The notes below the pieces were generated by a model. It was given only the letters and a program-made list of their open reading frames with translations, ran no database searches and had not been told where the DNA came from. This document shows positions 54,739-64,000 of a DNA stretch of 64,000 nucleotides, in pieces; positions within the stretch are counted from its first letter, which is position 1; every line of letters begins with the position of its first letter. The stretch lies in the NCBI GenBank assembly GCA_028534125.1, contig CM052817.1:51400001-51464000 (forward strand). The letters are read 5' to 3'. Origin of the DNA: Lama glama. Lineage: Eukaryota. The translations under genes and the position numbers were made by a program.

Positions 54739-54885
54739 GCTGAGTCATTTCCCCACAACATTCTTAGTCAATGTAAATTCCAACAAAACTTCCAAAATAT
54801 TTGAGTCATGAGCTGAATGCATCTTCTTCTCCAGCTGGCATTCCACGGACAGGCAGGGCACTTTGCATAAACAAACAAACAAATC
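54739..54885. promoter_or_regulatory. Candidate AP-1/TEAD/FOX enhancer motif cluster
   Basis: TGAGTCA at 54741 and 54802, TTAGTCA at 54764, CAGCTG at 54832, CATTCC at 54839, TAAACAAACA at 54868. Confidence 0.35.
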
Positions 54886-55567
54886 TTTGCCAGCTTTACA
54901 AGTTGGACTTAGCTATCATCAATTCTTTCACAGATACACAGTTTGTATTTAAGATTTGTTATGCCTGTGTCCTATAGCTCTGGGCAGGTGTTTCATTCGG
55001 TGATAATATTACCATTAATTTATATGCTTCAGGTTAACAAACATGGAACAGTTAATAGTTTCATTTCACTGCTGCCCAAATTACAGATACTTCATTTCTG
55101 GAAGACGCATGACCTGAAATACCACTGTGCTTTGGGTACCTTAAAATGTCTTTTAATTGAATTCCTTCTTTCAGATCTGAAAACTGGAATTCAGACATAA
55201 GGAATGCAAAGAAAGTGCTTTACAACTCCAAGTAAAATTCTGACAACTTAGAACACCTAAACACCTGATGAAGAACCAGAATGAATAAACAAACTTGTCT
55301 GCACTAATTAGGAATTCCCAATTTTGGGCATATGTGAACAGACTGGACTATAAGGTTGAGGCTGAAACTGACTTGAAAGCAATGAAAAATTCAGTAGAAA
55401 TGGCTATAAGAAAGAACTGTAAAAATTTTGAAAATGGATCTTCATTAGGCATTGAGCTTTTTCAGCCCACACTTGCGAACACAATTACAATTTTACCAGT
55501 AGTTGTATGCAGATGTGAATAGTAATTATGCACATGCACAATTTCATTAGAATATTTTTGTATATAT

Positions 55568-55950
55568 AATTTTATTGATGTATATAGTCAGTTTACAATG
55601 TTGTGTCAATTTCTGGTGTACCGCATAATGCTTCAGTCATAGATGAACATACATATATTAATTTTCTTATTCTTTTTCACCATAAGTTACTATAAGATAT
55701 TGAATATAGTTCCCTGTGCTATACAGTATGAACTTATTACCTATTTTATATATATTAGTATCTGCAAATCTCGAACTCCCAATTTATCCCTTCCCACACT
55801 CTATCCCTTAGTAACCATAAGATTGTTTTCTATGTGAGTCTGTTTCTGTTTTGTAAATAAGTTCATTTGTCTTTTTTTTGTTTGTTTAGGCTCCACATGT
55901 AAGTGATGTCATATGGTATTTTTCTTTCTTTTTGTGGCTTACTTCAATGC
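55568..55950 (-). mobile_element. Lineage-specific L1 3' end
   Basis: tttattgatgta..gtcagtttacaatgttgtgtcaatttctggtgta...gtaaccataag...ctccacatgtaagtgat..atatggtattttt. Confidence 0.9.
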
Positions 55951-56819
55951 AGGTCTTTCTAAAATATGTTGTTAACTAAAAGTTAACTGCTTTTTGCTTA
56001 AATAAAATAGTGAGATAATTTCAATTATTCATAACTAAAACAAAGTTTATTGTTTCTTTGCTTTTAATTTAAATTGATACTCAGGATACCATCAAAAATG
56101 TTTTCATTCAGCTAAAGGAAAAACGTGTCCCACTCAAAACAAACAAACAAGCAAACAAACAAACATAAACCCAGGTCCTAGTACTGATTGATATTTAATC
56201 CTTCATAGCAGTCGTTTTTGTGATTTCATTAAGGTTAAGCTAAAAAGATTTAAAGCGGTTTGCCTCAAATTGTGTCTTTATTGTTGCATAGAAAAAAAGA
56301 AGAAAACTCCATGAACTCCTTAGAGAAAATATAATAATAAAGAAATATAGAAATATAATAATAAAGTCACTATAGAATTTAGCAATAAACAGTTTTCTCA
56401 GAAATCAGTTGTCAAAGGAGAATGACTTAACAGTCTTTGGAGAAGAAGTAACAATATTCATCCCTTGCCAAATTTGCAATATTTCAATTGAAAAATTTTA
56501 CAGACATTATAGAAAACAAGTTGGCAATATCTTAATATTACAATCCTTCAATTCCATTTCTAAATATGTAAATTTAAATAAACTCACACAAAGCACATGC
56601 AAGAGCTTCTATTTCATTACCAAAAGTGGTAGAAAATGGATAACCAAATTGTGCATTAATCTATAATCAGAATACTGTGAAACTATATGACTAACTGAAA
56701 GAGATGCATATTTATTGATATGTATAAGAGTTGTAAATATAATGCTGACATTAAAAATACAAATTGAAGAATACTACTTATGTTAAATATTTGTGAAATA
56801 TTTAAAACCACATAAATGA

Positions 56820-58220
56820 TATTTTCAGTTGTATTTTAATGAATGTTATACATGGGTATAATTTAAAGACTCACAGTTCTATAAGGCTTATTGATGAAAC
56901 AGTGGTTCAATGTCTCTGTCCCTAACATCTTTATCTCCAAAATCAACAATTTTGACACTTTTAGCTGATTATTTTCGTATGTAACACTGTATCTCTAAGT
57001 AACATATACATACTTCAGCATCTCACTTTTTAAGGTTTATATGTTATCTATTGATTTTGCAATAATAAAAGTAAGGATTTTATTCTCTTTCATCATCACC
57101 CTCTATAACCATTACATCACTCCTATTTATCGAAATATTAGATCTACGTTTACTATTTATGTTGTTACCACTGTGTGAATGCTATCAACAGATCAAGAAG
57201 TATCATATGATTACTTGTTTTTTTCCTTAAAACTATATTTTCCCTGAATAACTGTCCTGTTTTTCCTATCTATCAATAAAATAACTCCAAATAATCTGCT
57301 TATTATATTACTCTTCTCCTTGTATTAATATGCATCTGGCATTCTATCAGTTTTATCCTTTGAAAGAAATCTTTCCAAGAACAGTCTGATTTCTCCAGTC
57401 AGAAATGTTTGGCCTCCATGGCTGTAATACACATCTCATCTTGGGATCATCCTTGATCATATTCTGAGAATTTTATTTTACTTTATCTTAGTGCTGGAGA
57501 CATATGTTCTAAATCTACACATCTTGATTTATACCCTTGTTTTGGTAGAGGACATCATCCAGTATCTTCCTAAGAAAAGTTGAATTAGAGGTACAAAGGA
57601 ATATAAATTTATTCAGTCTTCACACATACTGATAATTCAGCTGGATATAAAATTTAAGGTTGGAAATTTTTTTTTCTGAAATTTGAAGATGTTATTCCAT
57701 TCTGTTCTATTATCCAGAGTTGCTCTTCACATACTTAAATGATTGATTTCTGATTCTTTCTATGTGTATTTTTGGTAACATTTTTCTCTCTCTCTAGGAG
57801 CTAACAGACTCTTCTTTTTCATTGTTGTTCTGAAGTGTCATGTCAAAGCACCTTTGCATGACTCTATTTTTATCCATTTTACTAATCACTTGGTATGGGG
57901 TATAGGTTTTCAATATGCGAACTTGAATCCCTCATTTTCAGGTGTTTTTACTTTAAATATTTCTTTGATAGTTTTCTTTCTTTCATTCTCGTTTCTATTC
58001 TGGAATTATTCTTTTAGAATGTTTGACCTTCTGACAAGTCCTCTGAAAGTTCTTATATTCACTCCACTGTATCTCAGGTTTTTGTCTTGTTGCTTCATTT
58101 TCTTCACTGTATAATCATCCCTTTTATTGAGTTTTTAATTTCAATAATATATATTTAATTTTCAAAAGCTCTTTTATTATACTGTTTCATTTTTATGTCT
58201 TGTTCCTGTTTCATGGATTC
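56820..58220 (-). mobile_element. Ancient L1 (L1ME/HAL1-like) fragments
   Basis: gataattcagctggatataaaatttaaggttggaa; tttgaagatgttattccattc; ttgttgttctgaagtgtcatg; ttctggaatt..ttttagaatgtttgacctt. Confidence 0.6.
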
Positions 58221-58277
58221 TTAGCTGAGTGAGAAAGGAAGGTTGGCAGTCCTGGAGTTCCATAAACACAAGTCATG

Positions 58278-58810
58278 AGTGGTGATCACACTTCCCAAGA
58301 TGTTCCCATAACCTCACCTCCTGATATTCACATCCTTGTGTAATCCTCTCCTCTTTGAGTGTGAGCTGACCTAGTGACTTGTTTCTAATGAATTGCGTAG
58401 GCAAAAGCTATAGAATATAATTTTGGAAATTAGGTTGTAAAAGATTATAACCCTTGTGTTGCTTGCACACTTTCACCTTCTGGACTTGCTTCCTTTTATG
58501 AAGCAAGATGTAATGTTGAAATGACTCATATGGAGGGAAACTGAGGATAGCCTCTGACTAACAGGCTGCACATAACCAAATCCTGCCAACAACAAAGTGA
58601 GTGAGCTCGGAAGTAAATCTTTTGCCAGTTAAGCAGTGAAATGACTACAGTTCCATTCAACTGTTTGATTTCAGCCTCTGAGGAACCATGAAGCACCAAA
58701 TCCAGCTACCCAGTTCCCAGATCTATAGAAACTGTGAGGTAATCAATGTTGTTTGAGACAACTGAATGTTGGTGTAGTTTATTTCAGAGCAATAGGCAAC
58801 TAATATAACA
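58278..58810 (+). mobile_element. MaLR solo LTR (MLT1E/F-like)
   Basis: cacctcctgatattcacatccttgtgtaatcctctcc..ttgagtgtg..gacctagtgacttgtttcta...aactgagg...tcctgccaacaac..gtgagtgagctcggaag...gcaataggcaactaata. Confidence 0.88.
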
Positions 58811-58978
58811 TAATATGCAGGACACTATTCTTATCTCATTCTACCTGATATAAACTAGATCAGAGGCCTTCTGTTTACCTTTTTAATCAGAGAATAAGAT
58901 TCCTGGTATGAGTGGTGTAAGGAAGCGGGCAATTTACCTAACTGCATAGTTTAGGAAGAGCATCTTGGAATCCAATTC

Positions 58979-59931
58979 TTTTTTTTTTTTTAGTTTTTGT
59001 TTTTTTTGTATGTGTGTGTGTATATATTTTTATTGAAGTATAGTCAGTTTACAATGTTGTGTCAATTTCTGGTGTACATAATGCTTCAGTCATACATGAT
59101 CATACATATATTCATTTTTTATTCCCCCTACCATAAGTTGCCACAAAATATTGAATATAGCTCCATGTGCTATACAGTATGCCCCCATTGTTTATTGATT
59201 ATATGTATATTAGTATCTGCAAATCTCAAATTCCCAATTTATCCCTTTCCACCCATTCCCCCACCCTGGTAACCATAAGTTTGACCTAAACAAGCAATTC
59301 TCCAATGAAGACATACAGATGGCCAAAAGGCACATGAAAAAATGTTCAATATTGTTAATTATCAGAGAAATGCAAATCCAAACTACAATGGGGTATCACC
59401 TCACACCAGTCAGAATGGCCATCATTAAAAAGTCCACAAATGATAAATGTTGGAGAGGGTGTAGAAAAAAGGGCACCTTCCTACACTCTTGGTGGGAATG
59501 TAGTTTGGTCCAGTCATTATGGAAAACAATATGGAGATTGTTTAAAAGACTAAAAATAGACTTACTATATGATCCAGCAACCCTACTCCTGGGCATATAT
59601 CCAAAGGGAATCTTAATTCAAAAAGACACATGCACCCCAGTGTTCATAGCAGCACTATTTACAGTAGCCAAGACATGGAAACAACCTAAATGTCCATCGA
59701 CAGATGACTGGATAAAGAAGTTGTGGTATATTTATGCAATAGAATACTACTTAGCCATAAAAAAGAATAAAATAATGGCATTTGCAGCAATATGGATGGA
59801 CCTGAAGATTGTCATTCTAAGTGAAGTAAGCCAGGAAGAGAAAGAAAAATACCATATGATATCACTTAAATGTGGAATCTAAAAATAAGACAAAAGAACT
59901 TATTTTCAAAACAGAAACAGACTCACAGACA
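58979..59931 (-). mobile_element. Young L1 with 5' inversion (twin priming), flanked by TSD
   Basis: Poly-T plus 3' UTR on the minus strand (58979-59283), then ORF2 C-terminus on the plus strand (59284-59931; open 187-aa frame with CWRGC..HSWWEC cysteine-rich domain); TSD ggaatccaattctttt / ggaatccgtattctttt. Confidence 0.93.
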
Positions 59932-61319
59932 TGGAATCCGTATTCTTTTTGAAATATCCTTCAACCAAAACTCATATTTTTATCCCATTATTCCACTATC
60001 AGAATTATCTAATGCTGTGAATTGAAGAGCCTTTTTGGAACTTGTGGTAAAAATCAGGTAGCAAATTAGTTTTTCCAACTGGTAATTTAGGATTCAGCAT
60101 TCTTGGGCCTCGTTGATTATCACTGAGCCATTTGCAGTCTATCTCCCAACATATTTTTGTGTTGTCTTCTGTTTTCTTGCTCATTATAAATTAGTGTTTG
60201 TTTTTTAAATCCTTTTGTCAATAATTTTAGTAGAGTTTTAGAGGTAATCTACAGCAGATGCATGAGTTCTATCTGCTATCTTTATACAATGCACAAATTC
60301 ATCAGTATTTTTTAATACTTTTAAGCAAATATAGGAGCCATAAAAATGTATTCATGTGTGGTTAAAGGTACAAAAATATTTTATGTAGTTGTTTGCAATT
60401 TTATAAAATATTTTAATGTCAAATTTAGGTTTCAAATATTCTATTAAAAATACTTGGTCTACGTCATTGAGTTCTTGAATTTTTGTATTACTGCATTACT
60501 ACATGATAATAAAAATTTTAATCCACTAAAAGCAATTAGAAAATCCAAAATGGGAAGATATAAAAATTGACTTCAAGTAAAACTGCTAATGGAACATAAT
60601 TAAGATAGCTGATGTTTACTTATCTAGTGCTTTTATATTTTTTTTCTGGAAAAGAAAACCTTTACACACAAATAAAAAATTTTCCCACAGTGTGCTTGGA
60701 GAAATCAAGCCATAATCCTATGCCCACATGTATGATGATATTTAAAAAGAGATGTATTTCTATTTTCCTGAAACCAGCCACCTGACATTTCAAAAGATAA
60801 GAAGTACTGCTCAGCTTGAATGAACTCAAAAATATCTCTGCAAGTGTATTTGGACTCATTCTTTGAAATGTCAGTTTGGGACAAAGTGATATGAGTTACT
60901 CATTCAGTACTGAAATATGTGCTGAGAGTCTAAAACAAGTTTTTTAGGGAGAAAGAATGATGTTGAAGAATATATTTTGAATAAATCAAGGAAGTAAAAT
61001 GTGTATGACTTATTTCATTAAGATAATTATCTATTATTATGATACTTAAAGTTTAAATATAGAAATGTTATAGAATTTGTATATCAAGATATGCATTTAA
61101 TTTTCTGAAATTTTTCCTTCAAATATTCTTTTCTATTAATTTAATGTTCTGTTGGCTATTTCATTTGCTGTTTTGTGTACATGTTGAACATTTTTCTGTG
61201 TCCTAGTATTTTCTTTTTACAGAGCTTTACTATATAATTGGATCTGATTCATCCTGTTTTTGTCAAATAAGTTCGAGGTACAATGAGAGGGGCTATAAAT
61301 TACATATCATTAAAAAATT

Positions 61320-62045
61320 AACAATGAAAATTGGCGTAACACAGGGCTCAATGATTGTACTCTTGGGCATTTACTCCAAAGATGTGAAACTTATTTTCAC
61401 ACAGGAATTTGTACACAAATAGCAGCTTTATTTGTAGTAGCCCAAAGCTGGAAACCACTCAACTGTCCTTTGATGAGTGAATGGTTAAACAAACTGGTAC
61501 CTCCATACCATGGGATAGTACTCAGCAGTCAAAGGGAATGAGCTATTGATATACCAACAAATTGGCTGAATCCAAGAAAATTATGCTGAATGAATAAAGC
61601 CAGTCTCAAAAGAGTACATATGACACAATTCCACTTATGTAACATTGTGAAATAGCATAATGTAAATGGAGAATTTATTAGTGGTTTCCAGGGGATAGGG
61701 TAGAGGATATGTGTGGATAGAAAGAGATAACATCAGGCAATAGTTCAGTGATGGTACGAGTATCCTAATTTTCCTGGAGGTCATACAAGGCTACATTCAC
61801 ATGTAATAAAGTTTCATAGACATATACACTCATACACACACGCGTGCAAAAGTGCATGTATGACTGTTGAAACATGAATAAGCTCTATAAATTGTACCAA
61901 TGTCAATTTCTTGGTTTTAATTTTGTATTATAGGTTTATCACGTTAGCACTGGGGGAGATTTAGGGATATAGGAAAGGGTCCACATGACTTTTTTATACC
62001 TTCCTTTGCAATATCTTGTGAATCTATAATTATTTCAAAATGAAA
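61320..62045 (+). mobile_element. Old L1MC/L1MD-like 3' end
   Basis: ctcttgggcatttactcc...gcagctttatttgtagtagcccaaagctggaaac...gaatggttaaacaaactggtac...tgtaccaatgtcaatttcttggtttt...gtgaatctataattatttcaaaa. Confidence 0.88.
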
Positions 62046-62338
62046 TTTCTACAAAAACTCACTTTTAGTAAAATAGTTTTGACAGGCAAAACCTTAAGAG
62101 AAAATGCAATGTTTTAGAAATTTGCATTCTAGGACTCTGTCACATTTTGAAGGTACTAGTGTTCACTACTATTCACCTCCCATTGGGGGCTTACAAAAAC
62201 CTCTGTCCTTAGACTCGTCCACCGTGTCAGTCTGCAAGAAGGCTTCACACACAAGACGTGAGCCAGAGCTTGAAAGTGATTTTTTAAAGTACCAAGGGGA
62301 AATTACTATTCTGTCTTTGGGGGCATTTTTTATCATTC

Positions 62339-62849
62339 TTTTTTTTTTAACATTTTTTATTGATTTATAATCATTTTACAATGTTGTGTCAAATTCCAGT
62401 GTTCAGCACAATTTTTCAGTCATTCATGGACATATACACACTCATTGTCACATTTTTTTCTCTGTGATTTATCATAACATTTTGTGTATATTTCCCTGTG
62501 CTATACAGCGTAATCTTGTTTATCTATTCTACAATTTTGAAATCCCAGTCTATCCCTTCCCACCCTCTACCCCACTGGTAACCACAAGTCTGTATTCTCT
62601 GTCCATGAGTCTATTTCTGTCCTGTATTTATGCTTTGTTTTTGTTTGTTTGCTTGTTTTTGTTTTTGTTTTTTAGATTCCACATATGAGCGATCTCATAT
62701 GGTATTTTTCTTTCTCTTTCTGGCTTACTTCACTTAGAATGACATTCTCTAGGAGCATCCGTGTTGCTGCAAATGGCGTTATGTTTTCGGTTTTTATGGC
62801 TGAGTAGTATTCCATTGTATAAATATACCACATCTTCTTTATCCAGTCT
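62339..62849 (-). mobile_element. Young lineage-specific L1 3' end with TSD
   Basis: Close to the reverse complement of 27250-27735; TSD tcattctttttt on both sides (~62333 and ~62850), ending at a TTTT/AA site. Confidence 0.93.
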
Positions 62850-64000
62850 TCATTCTTTTTTTAAATTTTTCTAAACATGGAATGGAATTTGATTCTAAGA
62901 CACAGTAATACTGGGAAGATATTTTGTAAAGGTAAAGAAAAGGAAGTTTTGATTTCAACCTAGATATTGTGCTCTCTAGAAGAATTGTGTTTAATATTTA
63001 AAATATGTATTTATGAAATATACACCCATTTTCATATTTTTATTAATTTCTATTTGATAAACAAATTCAGTCTTAATAATAACAATTATTGGTGGACCTA
63101 AACCAAGGTTTTGATTTGTAATGTATGTTCATGCTTAGCCCTTTTAGTGGGTCATGTTCTTTCTCAGAGGCAATCAGCACTGACAGTTAAATCTATTTTC
63201 AATTATAGCCCAAAAGACCTGATAGTATCTTTAATGGAATCTACTTTTACTACAAACCACTGCTAACATTTTCACATTTTCACAAGTCAAATAATAATTT
63301 TTACTGATTCTGTGATAAAATCCTCCTCTCTTTTCATGTATTTTAAGAAAATTGCTGTTCAAAGCCTACACATTTTGTAGCAAAGGAAGAGGGATGTTGC
63401 CAGTTATGAAGCCAGTGTGGAAAAAAGACAGGAGCAGAACGGCCGTCAACCAACTGGGGGCAATGGAGATTCCAGGAGGAAATGCATCGAAACATGATGT
63501 ATATAACAGAAAGTATGCCTCCCAGAATTGTCAGAATACTTGGAAATATTGTTGACATGCCACAAAAGTGATTAAATCAAACACATGATCTTTTTAGAAT
63601 AGGGGCAGGGGCTAACTTAAAATTTTTTATTTTAGAAATTTAGGGTAGTATAAGGTTACTCATTATCACCATCTCAACTCTCTTCTATTCCTCTGTTTCT
63701 CCTTCTTTCTTTTATTTTCTTTGTGTGTGTGCATAAGTGCATGCACATTTTCTTCTGAAATTTGTTTACTTATAATTTTCTACTGTTAAATAAATAATAA
63801 ATGTTAATAATAGAAAACACAAAAATAAAAAGTAGAAATTATCTCACCATATACGAATGTCATTAATGGCACATAACTTTACACATTAAAAAAACCACTT
63901 TGTATATGCCTTTATAATTTGATATTTTAGAATTACCTTTTTATGTACACATTCTTCCAAGCATTTAAATGGCTCCATGATGTTTTATTATACAGATGTA

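Noticed and set aside
59319..59882. 187-aa ORF as a host gene
   Set aside because: It is the L1 ORF2p C-terminal cysteine-rich region inside a TSD-bounded insertion.
9000..64000. Remaining 60-130-aa ORFs in the track
   Set aside because: They have low-complexity F/L/I/K-rich composition, many use non-ATG starts, and they mostly overlap repeats; none has a recognisable host protein domain.

Overview
AT-rich, CpG-poor mammalian genomic DNA, either gene desert or large intron. The young L1 3' ends resemble camelid (camel/alpaca) L1s, which is an inference from recall. I recognise no intact host protein-coding exon. Positions 1-2999 are the right-hand part of a decayed class III (ERV-L/ERV-S-like) provirus: an Fv1/ERV-L-type gag joined to the tail of pol/integrase by a large internal deletion, a gamma-type env with an immunosuppressive domain, a PPT and a 3' LTR. 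At about 7625-8355 (minus strand) lies an RPS3 retro-pseudogene. It is flanked by a ~300-320 bp direct duplication ending at an L1-endonuclease TTTT/AA site (apparent giant TSD), carries a long 3' UTR to a distal poly(A) signal, and appears to retain the 3' end of an intron. The rest is a typical mosaic of L1 (old L1M and young lineage-specific copies, one with a twin-priming inversion), L2, MIR, MaLR/ERVL LTRs and Tc2/hAT DNA-transposon fossils, plus microsatellites and a 500-N gap inside an L1. A few candidate non-coding exons and enhancer-like motif clusters are also present. I found no convincing previously undescribed biological system; the best signals are unusual retrotransposition events. 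Repeat subfamily names come from recalled consensus sequences, and boundaries are approximate.
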